A stretch of 64,000 bases of DNA from Candidatus Fervidifonticultor quintus (GTDB taxonomy: Bacteria; Sysuimicrobiota; Sysuimicrobiia; Sysuimicrobiales; Humicultoraceae). The stretch covers positions 1 through 64,000 of the forward strand of contig JAVKIJ010000006.1 in assembly GCA_031459535.1 (NCBI GenBank), written 5' to 3'. The notes under the pieces are model-generated. The model made no database searches, had not been told where the DNA came from, and saw only the letters and a list, made by a program, of their open reading frames with translations. The number at the start of each line of letters is the position of its first letter. The first letter of the stretch is position 1. A program made the translations under genes and the position numbers. Below are positions 20,678 to 32,100 of the stretch, piece by piece.

Positions 20678-21151
20678 TCAGACCTCGCGCCCCGGATCGC
20701 GGCCCGACGCGCCGGGGTAGGGTTCGGTCAGCATCTCCTTGGTGTAGATCAGCGACTCGCGCGTGTAGCCCGAGAGCTCGTAGTCCCGGCCCAGGACGAT
20801 GGCCCCGGTGGGGCACGCCTCCTCGCAGAACCCGCAGAAGATGCAGCGGAGCATGTTGATCTGAAACTGCTCTGCGTGACGCTCGCCCTTGCTCACCTGG
20901 TGCTCGGGCGTGTTCTCCGCCGCCTTGACATAGATGGCCTGAGAGGGGCAGACGATCACGCACAGCTCACAACCCACGCACCGCTCCACGCCGTCCTCGT
21001 AGCGGGTCAGCCAGTGCCGGCCCTTGAACCGCGTCTCGACCCGGGTCTTGACCTCGGGGTAGCGGATGGTCACCGGCCGGCGGAACAGGTACCGGCCGGT
21101 GATCAGCAGGCCGCGCAACATGGCCAACGATTGTTTGACGACCCCGGGCAC
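20678..21151 (-). CDS. nuoI: NADH-quinone oxidoreductase subunit I
   Basis: Two CxxCxxCxxxCP motifs. Confidence 0.95.
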   Translation of the reverse strand: MPGVVKQSLAMLRGLLITGRYLFRRPVTIRYPEVKTRVETRFKGRHWLTRYEDGVERCVGCELCVIVCPSQAIYVKAAENTPEHQVSKGERHAEQFQINMLRCIFCGFCEEACPTGAIVLGRDYELSGYTRESLIYTKEMLTEPYPGASGRDPGREV

Positions 21152-21160
21152 GTCCCGCTC

Positions 21161-22144
21161 CTATCCGGCCAGCGTGACCACAATGGCCGTGGCGATGACG
21201 TTCAACAGACCCACCGGCACCAGCACCTTCCAGCCCAGCGCCATCAGGTGATCGTGACGGACCCTGGGCAGGGTCGCCCGCAGCCACACGAACAGGAAGA
21301 CGAAGGCCAGGGTCTTGAGGACGACCCAGTGCGGGCCGTCGGCGATGGGGCCGTGCCAGCCCCCCAGGAACAGCGTCGAGGCCAGCAGGCTCACCGTCAC
21401 GATCCCCACGTACTCTCCCACGTAGAACATGGCGAACTTGAACCCACCGTACTCGGTGTGGAACCCGGCGATGAGCTCCTGCTCGGCCTCGGGCAAGTCG
21501 AAGGGCGCCCGGTTGGTCTCGGCGATGGCCGCGACCAGGAACAGGACGAAGCCGACAGGCTGCAACACCACGAACCACAGCCGCTGCTGCGCGTTCACGA
21601 TGTCCACCAGGCTCAGCGACCCCGCCGTCAGGACCACGGAGACCACCGCGAGCCCCAGCGCCAGTTCATAACTGATGACCTGGGCCGAGCTGCGCAGGCA
21701 CCCCAGCAGCGCGTACTTGTTGTTGGCCGACCATCCCCCGAGAATGATCCCGTAGACGCCGATGGACGAGGCGCCCAGCACGACCAGGATGCCGATGTTC
21801 ACGTCGGCCACGTAGAGGGAGACCGTGCGGCCGAACACCGTGATCTCAGGCCCGAGTGGAATGACCGCGTACACGAACAGCGCGGTGATCATGGAGATGG
21901 CGGGCGCGATCCAGTAGACCAGCAGGTCGGCGCCGGCGGGCCTGAAGTTCTCTTTGAAGATCAGCTTGGCCGCATCAGCCAGCGGCTGCAGCAACCCGTT
22001 GGGTCCCACGCGCACCGGCCCGTACCGGAGCTGGAACCGTGCCACCAGCCGACGCTCCAGCAGGGTCATGTACGCGCAGACCATCAAGATCAGCAGCGCC
22101 ATCACGCCGCTCTTGATGACCGCCTCGACGAGAAGACTCAGCAT
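21161..22144 (-). CDS. nuoH: NADH-quinone oxidoreductase subunit H
   Basis: LERR..QLRYGP..GLLQPLAD and AETNRAPFDLPEAE; ATG 22144. Confidence 0.95.
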   Translation of the reverse strand: MLSLLVEAVIKSGVMALLILMVCAYMTLLERRLVARFQLRYGPVRVGPNGLLQPLADAAKLIFKENFRPAGADLLVYWIAPAISMITALFVYAVIPLGPEITVFGRTVSLYVADVNIGILVVLGASSIGVYGIILGGWSANNKYALLGCLRSSAQVISYELALGLAVVSVVLTAGSLSLVDIVNAQQRLWFVVLQPVGFVLFLVAAIAETNRAPFDLPEAEQELIAGFHTEYGGFKFAMFYVGEYVGIVTVSLLASTLFLGGWHGPIADGPHWVVLKTLAFVFLFVWLRATLPRVRHDHLMALGWKVLVPVGLLNVIATAIVVTLAG

Positions 22145-22154
22145 TGGGACTGCC

Positions 22155-24539
22155 TCACGACCCGCCGGCTGCGGCTGGCACGAGGGGCGCCACGTCCACC
22201 GCAGCCGCCGGGTAGGGCCATCGCACCAGCGCGTGCGCCGAGGCGCTCTCGTAGCCACGCGGCATCAGGACCTGCCCCGGTGGGGTCGCGTCGCTGATCC
22301 TGGCCGCAGCGACGGCGCGGCCAGACGCGGTCGCCAGTTCCACCAACGCCCCGTCGGTCACGCCCAGCCGGCTCGCGTCGTCGGGATGCACGAGGCAGGA
22401 CGCGGCGCCGGCCAGACCCGCGACGCCGCGGCACCGTCCGGTCATCGTCCCCTGGGTGAACAGGTGGTCGACGGCCACCAGCAGCAGCCCCGACGGGTTC
22501 CCCGACGCCGGCCCTGGCGTCCCCGCTGTGGCCAGCGCCTCGCGGAGCGGCCCCACCGGCGGAATCGGCGCGATGACGCCGACCTCCACCTCGCCGGCCC
22601 ACGCGCGCATCCCGTCCAGCACCTCGTCCGCCGTCCCGTACGTGAAGAGCGCGCCCAGCCGACCGGCCAGCAGGCTGAAGATCTCGCGGTCGGCCCGTGC
22701 CTCGCCGAGGCCGTGCGCCGCCCGCCGAATGGGAACCGTCCGGCCTTCCAGATTGGTCATCGTGCCGTCTTTCTCGGGGAGCACCAGCGCGGGGAGCACC
22801 ACGTCGGCCGACCGGGCCGTGGCCGAGAGAAACGCCTCGTGGACCACCAGGAAGCCGACCCCGCGGCGCGCGGCGTCCCACGCGGTGGCGTCCGCCACCG
22901 CCGTGGCCGGGTCGGCCCCCGCCACGTAGAGCACATCGAGCGCGCCGGCGGCGGCCTGGCGCAGGATCTCGGGCGCGGTCCAGCCGCCCGGGGCCGGCAG
23001 CAGCCCGAACCGCTGCGCGCCGACGTCGTTGCCCTTGCCGCGCAGGATGTGGAGCACGCCGCCGGTGGCGGCGGCCAGACGGTGTGCGTCGCGCAGCAGC
23101 GCCCGGCCGTCCGGGCCGTCGAGGGCCAGCCGGCCCAAGAAGATGTGAACGGCCCGGCCGGCGGCGACGGCCGCGGCGGTGGAGCCGGGGACGCTCCCAC
23201 GCTCCACCCCGGTTGTGAGCTCGGTGACCGCCGCCGCCATCTGATCGTACCGGACCACATGCTCCCACCGCACGTGTCGGTGGATCTCCAGGCGTTTGCA
23301 GTGCACCGCCACCAGGACGGCTCCACGGTCCACCGCCGCCTTGATCCGCAGCCACAGGATCGGGTACTCCTCGGTGAGGTCGCACCCGATCAGCACGAAG
23401 ACGTCACCGCGGCCGATCTCCTCGAGCGAGGCCCGCAGGCCCCAGGGCACCTCCAGGCTGGCACTGCCCGGGGGGGCGTCCACCCGATGATCCAGATGCG
23501 GCGTGCCCACGACCTCGCGGAAGAGCCGCGCGGCGAAGAACGCGTCCTCGTTGGACAGGCGCCGCCCGCCCAGGAAGGCCACCCGGCCGGGGTCGCGCTG
23601 GCGCGCCGCGCGCACGCGGGCGGCGACCAGCTCAAGCGCCTCGTCCCACGTCGCCTCCTGGAGGCGTCCGCCGCGCCGCACCAGCGGTGCCGTCAGCCGG
23701 TCGCGCGACGCCACGTAGTCGTGGCCGAAGAACCCCAGGTCGCACAACCAGATGTCGTTGAGGGCTCGCTCCTCGCGCGCACGGGTCCGCACGATCTCGC
23801 CGCCCCGCACGTCGAACCACACGGCGCAGCCCAGGCCACAGTGCGCGCACGACGACGCCACCGGCTGGTTGTCCCAGGGCCGCGCGCGGAACCGGTAGGT
23901 GCGGCTGGTGAGCGCACCGACCGGACAGATGGCGATGGTGTTGCCGATGAACTTGGACTCCACGGGCAGGGTGTGCGGCGTGCCGATCTCGCTGGTGAAC
24001 GCGCGCTCGAACCCTTTGAGCGCGTCGTCGCCGGCGATGATCTCTCCGAAACGCACGCACCGCCAGCACAGGATGCACCGCTCCCGGTCCAGGGCCAGCA
24101 CCGGGCCCAGGGAGACCGGTTTGGCGAAGTCGCGCTTGGGCTCCACGTAGCGGCTGCGGCCCGGCCCCCACCGGTAGGTCTGGTCCTGGAGCGGGCACTC
24201 GCCGCCTTTGTCACAGATGGGGCAGTCCAGCGGGTGATTGATGAGCAGGAACTCGAGGATCGCCTCCTGCGCGGCCCGGACCTCGGCGTCCTGGGTGCTC
24301 ACCACCATGCCGTCGGTGGCCACCAGGGTGCACGCGGTCTGCAGCTTGGGCATCTTCTCGACCTTCACCAGGCACATGCGGCAGGCCCCTAGCGGCGGCA
24401 TGCGGTCGTGATAGCAGAAGATGGGGATGTCGATCCCGGCGGCCCTGGCGGCCTGGTACACCGTGGTCCCCCGGGGGACCGTCACGGCACGCCCGTCGAT
24501 GGTCAGCGTTACGGTGGCGGTCGTCGGGCTAGTGGCCAT
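22155..24539 (-). CDS. nuoG: NADH-quinone oxidoreductase subunit G
   Basis: IPIFCYH..GACRMC, NHPLDCPICDKGGECPLQD and CILCWRCVRF. Confidence 0.95.
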   Translation of the reverse strand: MATSPTTATVTLTIDGRAVTVPRGTTVYQAARAAGIDIPIFCYHDRMPPLGACRMCLVKVEKMPKLQTACTLVATDGMVVSTQDAEVRAAQEAILEFLLINHPLDCPICDKGGECPLQDQTYRWGPGRSRYVEPKRDFAKPVSLGPVLALDRERCILCWRCVRFGEIIAGDDALKGFERAFTSEIGTPHTLPVESKFIGNTIAICPVGALTSRTYRFRARPWDNQPVASSCAHCGLGCAVWFDVRGGEIVRTRAREERALNDIWLCDLGFFGHDYVASRDRLTAPLVRRGGRLQEATWDEALELVAARVRAARQRDPGRVAFLGGRRLSNEDAFFAARLFREVVGTPHLDHRVDAPPGSASLEVPWGLRASLEEIGRGDVFVLIGCDLTEEYPILWLRIKAAVDRGAVLVAVHCKRLEIHRHVRWEHVVRYDQMAAAVTELTTGVERGSVPGSTAAAVAAGRAVHIFLGRLALDGPDGRALLRDAHRLAAATGGVLHILRGKGNDVGAQRFGLLPAPGGWTAPEILRQAAAGALDVLYVAGADPATAVADATAWDAARRGVGFLVVHEAFLSATARSADVVLPALVLPEKDGTMTNLEGRTVPIRRAAHGLGEARADREIFSLLAGRLGALFTYGTADEVLDGMRAWAGEVEVGVIAPIPPVGPLREALATAGTPGPASGNPSGLLLVAVDHLFTQGTMTGRCRGVAGLAGAASCLVHPDDASRLGVTDGALVELATASGRAVAAARISDATPPGQVLMPRGYESASAHALVRWPYPAAAVDVAPLVPAAAGGS

Positions 24540-25800
24540 GGGCGCCTGCCTGGGCGATGTGACGTTCGTACTCGTGCCGGAAGTGCTTCAGCGACGCCAC
24601 CAGAGTCGGTGGGACGCTCTCTCCCAGCGGACAGAAGCACGTCCCGGTCATCCCGACGGCCACGGACTCCAGCAGGTCCAGGTCCTCTGCGCGGCCGCCT
24701 CCCCGCAGGATGCGTTCCAGGATCCGGCTGATCCACACGGTGCCCTCGCGGCACGGTGTGCACTTCCCGCAGGACTCATCCCGGTAGAACTCCACGGTCC
24801 GGGCGACTACCTCGACCATGTCCGAGGCGTCGTCGATCACGATGACCGCCGCCGACCCGAGCATGGAGCCCAGGGCGCGCAGGCTCTCGTAGTCCATCCT
24901 GGCGTCGAGGGCCGCCTCGGTGAGCGGCACAGACGACGTCCCGCCCGGGAACGCCGCTTTGAAGGTCCGACCGGGCCTCAGCCCGCCCGCATAGTCGAAG
25001 ATGAGCGACCGCAGCGTAACCCCCAGGGGCGCTTCGTAGACGCCGGGGCGCATCACGGCGCCGCTCACGGAGAACAGCGCCGGCGGGCCGTACGCCTTGT
25101 AGCGCTCCGGGCCCAGGGCCAGGATCACCGGCACGTGACACAGCGTTTCGACATTGTTAAGCAGCGTGGGCTGGCCGTAGAGCCCGGCCTGGGCCGGGAA
25201 CGGCGGCCGCAGCCGGGGCATGGCGCGGCGGCCCTCCAGTGACTCCAGCAGCGCGGTCTCCTCGCCGGCAATGTAGGCGCCGGCGCCGGAATGGACCACG
25301 ATCTCCACGTCGTGCGCGGATCCGAAGACGGCCCGGCCGACGAATCCCGCAGCATGGGCCTGCTCCAGCGCCCCCTCCAGCAGCCGGCGTCCGCGGTAGA
25401 ACTCCTTGCGCAGGTAGATGTACGCCCGGCGGGCGCCGATCGTCATGGCGGCGATCAGGACGCCCTCGATCAGCAGGTGCGGGCAGCCTTCGATGAGCGT
25501 GCGGTCCTTGAACGTGCCGGGCTCGCCCTCGTCGCCGTTGACGACCACGTACTTGGTGGGCGCCTGGCGCGGAACGAACTTCCACTTCTGCCCGGCGGGG
25601 AATCCCGCACCGCCCTTGCCGCGCAGGCCCGAGGCGATGAGCATCTCAATGATCTGGTCAGGGGTCCACTCGCCGGCGGCGACGCGGCGCGCGCTCTCGT
25701 ACCCGCCCGCCTGACGGTACGCCTCGAGATCGTGCATGCCGGGCGTCTGCGCCCAGCGCAGGATGATGGACTCGGGCATGGAGAACGCAGGGCCCGCCAT
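24529..25800 (-). CDS. nuoF: NADH-quinone oxidoreductase subunit F
   Basis: GLRGKGGAGFP, DEGEPGTFKDR, GAGAYIAGEETAL and ESCGKCTPCREG. Confidence 0.95.
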   Translation of the reverse strand: MAGPAFSMPESIILRWAQTPGMHDLEAYRQAGGYESARRVAAGEWTPDQIIEMLIASGLRGKGGAGFPAGQKWKFVPRQAPTKYVVVNGDEGEPGTFKDRTLIEGCPHLLIEGVLIAAMTIGARRAYIYLRKEFYRGRRLLEGALEQAHAAGFVGRAVFGSAHDVEIVVHSGAGAYIAGEETALLESLEGRRAMPRLRPPFPAQAGLYGQPTLLNNVETLCHVPVILALGPERYKAYGPPALFSVSGAVMRPGVYEAPLGVTLRSLIFDYAGGLRPGRTFKAAFPGGTSSVPLTEAALDARMDYESLRALGSMLGSAAVIVIDDASDMVEVVARTVEFYRDESCGKCTPCREGTVWISRILERILRGGGRAEDLDLLESVAVGMTGTCFCPLGESVPPTLVASLKHFRHEYERHIAQAGAHGH

Positions 25801-25802
25801 GG

Positions 25803-26294
25803 CTAGGAGTACCGGGCCAGGATGGCGTCCACGTCGTCGGGCCCGACGCGTGCCCACCGATCCTCGTCCACGATGACCGCGGGCGCCTCGTCGCAGGCCG
25901 CCAGGCACTCGACGGTGCGCAGCGTGAACCGACCGTCAGGGGTCGTCTGGCCCGGCCCCACGCCCAGCCGCTGCTGCAGTCGCTGGACGACCGCCCCGCA
26001 GCCGTTGATCATGCACGAGAGATTGGTACACACTTGGATCACGTGCCGGCCCACGGGCTCCAGGTAGAACAGGCTATAGAAGGAGGCGACTGAGGCCACC
26101 TCGGAGATCGGCAGGTCGAGGGCCCGGGCGACTCCCTCCAGTGCCTCGGGAGGCAGGTACCCGTACTCGTGCTGCGCCACGAATAGGGCCGGCAGCAGCG
26201 CCGACTGCCGGTGCTCGTAGAGCCCAACCAGACGCCGGATCTCCGCCAGCGCGGCCTCGCTCAGGCGCGGGGTCGTCGTGCGTGCCGTGTTCAT
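25803..26294 (-). CDS. nuoE: NADH-quinone oxidoreductase subunit E
   Basis: VCTNLSC..ECLAAC [2Fe-2S] ligands. Confidence 0.95.
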   Translation of the reverse strand: MNTARTTTPRLSEAALAEIRRLVGLYEHRQSALLPALFVAQHEYGYLPPEALEGVARALDLPISEVASVASFYSLFYLEPVGRHVIQVCTNLSCMINGCGAVVQRLQQRLGVGPGQTTPDGRFTLRTVECLAACDEAPAVIVDEDRWARVGPDDVDAILARYS

Positions 26295-27469
26295 CGGTCC
26301 ACGTCCCCCAGGATGATGTCCAGGCTGGCGATGGCCACCACCACGTCCGCCACGTAGCTCTTGTAGATCATCACCGGCAACGCCTGCAGGTTGTTGAACG
26401 ACCCGGACCGGACCCGCACGCGCACCGGCCGGTTGCTGCCGTCGCTGACCACGTAGTAGCCCTTCTCGCCCCGCGGGGCCTCCACCGCCGCGTACACCTC
26501 GCCGGCCGGTGGGTGGATGCCCTCGCTCACCAGCTTGAACTGATGGATGACCGCCTCCATGCTCCGCACCAGCTCGTGGCGCGGCGGCAGCGCCACCTTG
26601 CGGTCGTCGACGATGTACGGCCCATCGGGCAGGCGATCGAGGGCCTGAAGGATGATCCGCCGGCTCTGGCGCATCTCCTCGAGCCGGATGAGGTAGCGGT
26701 CGAACGCGTCGCCCCGTTCACCCAGCGGCACGTCGAAGTCGTACTGGTCGTAGCCGCTGTAGGGGAACGCCTTCCGGACGTCATAGTTGATCCCGGAGCC
26801 GCGCAGGATCGGGCCGGTGCAGCCGTACGCCAGCGCATCCTGGGGTGTCAGGACGGCGATCCCCTCGGTGCGTTTCCGCCAGATCAGGTTGTCGGTGAGG
26901 AGCCGGTCGTACTCGTCGATGCGGCGCGGCAGCCGCTCCAGGAAGGCCCGCACCCGCGCTTCGAACCCCTTGGGGAGGTCCCACTGCATGCCGCCGATGC
27001 GCAGGAACCCGTGCATCATCCGCTGGCCGGTCACCATCTCGAGGATGTCCAGGACTTCCTCCCGGTCCTGGAAGCAGTAGATGAAGACGCTGGTCACGTT
27101 GAGGTCGATGGCGCTGCTACCGAGCCAGACCAGGTGGCTGGCGATGCGGGAGAGCTCTGAGAGGATGACCCGGGTGGCCTGGGCCCGCGGCGGCGGGGTG
27201 ATGCCCAGCAGCTTCTCCACGGCCAGCACGTAGGCGGTCTCTTCGATGAATGTGGCCAGGTACTCAATCCGGGCGGGAAAGACGATGTTCTGATGGTAGG
27301 TCCGGTGCTCCATCTCCTTCTCGAAGCCGGTGTGGAGATAGCCGATCACGGGCTGGCAACCCAGGATCACCTCACCCTCCAGCTCGAGGATGAGGCGCAG
27401 CACCCCGTGGGTCGAGGGGTGCTGCGGACCCATGTTGATCGTGACCGTTTCCGCCCGGACCTCTGGCAT
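26291..27469 (-). CDS. nuoD: NADH-quinone oxidoreductase subunit D
   Basis: NMGPQHPSTHGVLRL, EAPRGE and C-terminal GDVDR; ATG 27469. Confidence 0.95.
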   Translation of the reverse strand: MPEVRAETVTINMGPQHPSTHGVLRLILELEGEVILGCQPVIGYLHTGFEKEMEHRTYHQNIVFPARIEYLATFIEETAYVLAVEKLLGITPPPRAQATRVILSELSRIASHLVWLGSSAIDLNVTSVFIYCFQDREEVLDILEMVTGQRMMHGFLRIGGMQWDLPKGFEARVRAFLERLPRRIDEYDRLLTDNLIWRKRTEGIAVLTPQDALAYGCTGPILRGSGINYDVRKAFPYSGYDQYDFDVPLGERGDAFDRYLIRLEEMRQSRRIILQALDRLPDGPYIVDDRKVALPPRHELVRSMEAVIHQFKLVSEGIHPPAGEVYAAVEAPRGEKGYYVVSDGSNRPVRVRVRSGSFNNLQALPVMIYKSYVADVVVAIASLDIILGDVDR

Positions 27470-27480
27470 CGCCCGAACCG

Positions 27481-28008
27481 CTACGACCGCGGTGCCGTCT
27501 TGGGAATGATCTGACTCGGGGTCCTCGGCGTGTGGCCGATGAACGCCACCGGTTCCTCCGTCAGCGGGAAGTCCTTGCGGAGCGGATGGCCTTCCCACTC
27601 ATCGGGCATCAGGATGCGCGTAAGGCGCGGGTGTCCTGCAAACCTGATGCCGAACATGTCGTAGACCTCGCGCTCCAGCCAGTCGGCCGCGGCCCACAGC
27701 GGGACGGCGCTGGCGATCACCGGATCCGCGCCGCCAACGAGGGCCCGGACCCGGATTCGCATCGGCGGCGCATACCAGGTGAGCAGGTAGACCACCTCGA
27801 ATCGCGGCTCGGCCGGAAAGCGATCTACCGCGGTGAGGTCGGTCAGCACCGGCGGGCCCTCGGGTGCGTCGCGCAACGCCCGCAGGGCATCCAGATTGCG
27901 CTCGCCCGGTACCACCAGGGTGATCTCGTCCCGGAACTGCACGATGGAAGCGTGGGCCGGACCCAGGCGCTCGGCGACCAGCGCGGCGAGGTCGGCGGCG
28001 CGGCTCAC
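27481..28008 (-). CDS. nuoC: NADH-quinone oxidoreductase subunit C
   Basis: [30 protein letters not shown] 28008. Confidence 0.94.
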   Translation of the reverse strand: MSRAADLAALVAERLGPAHASIVQFRDEITLVVPGERNLDALRALRDAPEGPPVLTDLTAVDRFPAEPRFEVVYLLTWYAPPMRIRVRALVGGADPVIASAVPLWAAADWLEREVYDMFGIRFAGHPRLTRILMPDEWEGHPLRKDFPLTEEPVAFIGHTPRTPSQIIPKTAPRS

Positions 28009-28502
28009 CGGCGGCCCCCGGTCTTCTCGATCTTCTCCAACAGTTTGAGGAACCCGTGGAGCAGGGCCTCCGGCCGCGGCGGGCACCCGGCGACGTAGAC
28101 ATCGACCGGCACGACTTTGTCGACGCCCTGGACGAGCGCGTAGTTGTTGAACACGCCGCCGCAGGAGGCGCAGTCGCCCATGGCGATGACCCACTTGGGC
28201 TCCAGCATCTGGTCGTAGATGTGCCGCAGCACCGGGGCCATCTTCTGGGACAGGCGGCCGGAGACGATCAGCAGGTCGGCCTGCCGGGGCGAGGCGCGGA
28301 ATAGCTCGCTGCCGAACCGGGCGATGTCGAATCGGGCCGCCGCGGTGCTCATCATCTCGATGGCGCAGCACGCCAGCCCGAACTGCGCCGGCCAGACGCT
28401 GCTCTTCCGGGCCCAGGCCACCATCCGGTCCACGGTGGTGGTCAGCACCCGCCGCTCGAACTCGGCGGACTCGCGCTCCAGCGTGGGGGTGGCTACTGCC
28501 AT
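28005..28502 (-). CDS. nuoB: NADH-quinone oxidoreductase subunit B
   Basis: [18 protein letters not shown] and [13 protein letters not shown] 28502. Confidence 0.95.
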   Translation of the reverse strand: MAVATPTLERESAEFERRVLTTTVDRMVAWARKSSVWPAQFGLACCAIEMMSTAAARFDIARFGSELFRASPRQADLLIVSGRLSQKMAPVLRHIYDQMLEPKWVIAMGDCASCGGVFNNYALVQGVDKVVPVDVYVAGCPPRPEALLHGFLKLLEKIEKTGGRR

Positions 28503-28873
28503 TCCAGGGCTCTCCGCTTCCAGGCGTAGAGCAACCCGATGCCCAGCACGCCGACGAAGACCAGCATCTCCACCAGACCGAACAGACCGAGCTGCCGGTA
28601 GATCACCGCCCACGGGTACAGGAACACGGTCTCGATGTCGAACAGGATGAACAACATGGCGATCACGTAGTACCTGATCGGGATGCGCTCTCTGCTCGAT
28701 CCAATGGTCCACACCCCTGACTCATAGGGCTCGAGCTTTGGTGGGAGCGGGCGGCTGCCGCCCAGCACGGCGTGGGCCGCAAGCAGCGCAACGGTGAAGG
28801 CGACGACCAGGACGAAATGGACGAGAACAGGCAGGTAGTCAGCGACGGCGACGGTGGTCATCGGTGCCTGCAC
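28493..28873 (-). CDS. nuoA: NADH-quinone oxidoreductase subunit A
   Basis: [28 protein letters not shown]. Confidence 0.95.
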   Translation of the reverse strand: MQAPMTTVAVADYLPVLVHFVLVVAFTVALLAAHAVLGGSRPLPPKLEPYESGVWTIGSSRERIPIRYYVIAMLFILFDIETVFLYPWAVIYRQLGLFGLVEMLVFVGVLGIGLLYAWKRRALEWQ

Positions 28874-28906
28874 GACGCCGGCGGCGCCGGCGACGCGTTC
28901 TCCACC

Positions 28907-28935
28907 ATCATGGCAAAGGGCTGTAGGGGTGTCAA
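28907..28935 (-). promoter_or_regulatory. Sigma70-type promoter of the nuo operon
   Basis: TTGACA-17 nt-CATGAT with an extended -10 TG, 34 nt upstream of nuoA. Confidence 0.65.
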
Positions 28936-29110
28936 TCAGTAGGACACCGGGTCCGAAGACGGCTTGCCATTTGTTCTTAAAAAGCCACGTGTGTCAGCCA
29001 CGTGTTTCAGAAGGCGCGATTCGATGGACCGGCGGTCGCCGCGCGGGCGTGTACACGCGAAGTTTACGAATTGCAAGAAACTGCGCTGACTGCGCCGAAT
29101 AGGAGTGACC

Positions 29111-32100
29111 GTGGCCGAACGAATGGTTCGTGTCGGTGACCGTGTTGCCGTCCGCGACCGACCCTGGCGCGTTGAGGCGGCCAGGGACTTAGGTGGGGGC
29201 AAAACCCTCCTGACGCTCCTTCCTGCCCGTGGCGATGGACTGTCACCGCTGTCCGTTGTCGCCCCACCCGAACGCGTCGTCCCCCTACCCCCGGAAGAGC
29301 TTCGCTTCGACCCCGCCGGGATCGGCCCCGTCGTCCCGTGGCTCCGCGCCCACCAGGCCCTCGCGCTCAAGGCAATCGAAGACGGGCTAACGGCGATTCA
29401 AGAGGGAGCGCTGAGCGGGGCCCGCTTTGGCCGGGTTACCCTCGAGGCCTATCAGATCGCCCCCGTCCTGCGAATCCTGGCCAAGCCGAAGCCACGGCTA
29501 CTCATCGCCGACGATGTTGGCCTTGGCAAGACCATTGAGGCTGGCCTGTGCCTGCTCGAGCTCATGTCCAGACACCGCGCCGATCGGGTCCTCATCGTCG
29601 TTCCTCCTGGGCTCATCGTGCAGTGGCAGGAAGAGATGCTCGATCGCTTCGGCCTCAAGTTCATGGTGATCGAGAACGCCGCCGGACTCGCCCGCGAGCG
29701 GACCGAGTTGCCGGCGGGCGTGAGTCCCTGGGACCTGCCTCAGGTCCGGATCATCACCTCCATGGACTATCTCAAGAAGGACGAGGTCCGACGCCGTGCG
29801 CTGGCCAGGCCCTGGGACGTGGTGATCGTGGACGAGGCCCATGCCCTGGCCGAATCCGGATCACCCCAGAACCCCTACCGGACCCGCCGCACACGCCTGG
29901 GCGAGGACCTCCGCGACCGTTCCCGGGGCCTGCTCCTGCTCACGGCGACCCCGCACAATGGATATTCACACTCCTTCCGGTCGCTGATTGAACTCGTAGA
30001 GCCGACTGCTGCCACCCTCACCGGGCCCCAGACGCGGGACCGGATCGAGCGGGCCATGATCCGGCGCATGAAGCGTCAGATCGTCCGTCCCGACCCGCAG
30101 GATGGCTGGATTCCTGCGTTCCCAAAGCGCACCGTCACGCCCATTCCAGTGATTGTGTCGGCCCGGGAGGCTGAGCTCTTCCGGCTGATTTCTGCCTACT
30201 GCAGTCGGACGGCCAGCGAAGCCAGGGGCGAAGAAGACGAGGAACTGATCTCCTTCGCCATGCAGATCATCAAGAAGCGGGCCATCTCCAGCCGACTTGC
30301 CCTGGTCCGCACGCTGGAGAACCGGCTGCGAGCCCTGAAGAGAGAGGAGGAGCGCGAAGAGAAACCCGAACGGTCCGAACTGCGCGACTATCAGGCCGGG
30401 TTGCCCCTCTCGGACCAGCAGGCGGAACGCATCAGCCGAAGGATCCTCCGCTCCGCCATCCCCAAGGATGAGCGGCGGCGGAAGGCCGAGGTCCGCAAGA
30501 TCACCGAGATCCAACGGCTCCTGGCGAAACTTCCTCCTGCCGATCCCAAGGTGATGGCACTCATCGCGCACCTGCGGGCCGTGCTCGCGGAGGATCCATC
30601 GGCCAAGGTCATCGTCTTCACCGAATACCTCGACACCCTGGAGGCGATCAGGAGTGCGCTTGAGAAAGCAGGCCCGCCCCTCGCCGCCGCCCACGTGGAA
30701 CTCCGCGGCGGGCTCACGATGCGCCAGCGCCAGCAGCGCCAGCAGCGCTTTGAAGCGCCCGATGTGCGCGTGCTGCTGGCGACTGACGCGGCCAGCGAGG
30801 GGCTCAACCTCCAGCGGGCGTGTCACCGCCTGGTCCACTTCGAGCTGCCGTGGAACCCCAACCGCCTGGAGCAGCGCAACGGACGGATCGACCGGTACGG
30901 ACAGGCGCACCCTCCCGACATTCGCTACCTGTACTACCCCGATTCCCCGGAGGATGACGTCCTGGCCCGGCTGGTGAAGAAGATCGAGGAAATGGCCGAG
31001 GCCCGCGTCTCGACCCCCGACGTGCTGGGCGTGGCGCTCGGTCTGGACCTGGAGCGCCGTCTGGTCCAGGTGGACCCCGGAGACCCTGCGGCCGCGGGCC
31101 GCCTGCTCCGTGACTTCGAAGACCGCACTGGCGAGTTCGTGGGCGAGGTTCAGCCCCTACTGCTCCCTTCGGGCGATCCCCGTGACGAGATCCGCCGCGG
31201 TCTGCGGGTCCTGACGCAGGCGGTCCCGCTGCTGGGAGATGACCTGGAACTCGAGCAGTTCCTGCTCGATATCCTGGGCCCGACTGCCGTTCGCCAGAGC
31301 GGTGAAGAGGGCGTCTTTCGCATTGAGGTGCCCCGGGTCTTCCGAGGGCCCGGCGTCGCAGAGCGTTACGAGCGGGCCACAGTCCGCCGGTCCATTGCTG
31401 CGCGCACCCGACCCACGGAAGTGGAATACCTGACACCACTGCATCCTCTCGTTCAGGCCATTGCCGCCGAGGCGCGGCGGCGGTTCATCCAGGTCTATCC
31501 CGACGACCGCGGCCTGCCCCCCAGGCGCCTGGCGGCCCGGAGAATTCCCGCCGTCGAGAGGGCTGGCATTCTCTTCACGTTCTACGGAACCATACAGGGG
31601 CGCGAGGGTGTGATTGAGGAAGCGATCCTCCCGGTCCGTGTGGACCTGAATGGTGCCGTCACCGGCGATCTGGAGACCGACAGCCGCATCCTGCGTGACC
31701 GCAGTCGCCCCGGCGAGGTGTCCGCCGAGTCGCTGGCCCCGTACGGAGAACGCTTCGACAATCTGCTGCGCGCTGCCCGCACGGAGGCCGCCCGGCGGCT
31801 GGCCGCGCGCGCCGAACAGATCCGCACGCACCGGCGCGACCTGGCGGAACGCCTTCGGGTCGACGCCGAAGCCTACCACGCCGACCGGTTGAGGGAGCTG
31901 GAGGAGGAAGAGATCCGCGCCCGCGGGCTCATCAAGGACACCGGCCAGGTCCTGCTCCGCATCGCCGAGGAGCAAGCCCGGTACAGCATCGACGCCAGGC
32001 GGGCGGCGGTGGAGGCGCACCTCAAAGCCCGCCTCGAGGAGATCGAGGCCTTTGCGCAGGTGGATGAGCCCGAGCCTCCTCAGCCGGTGGGCGCCCTCTT

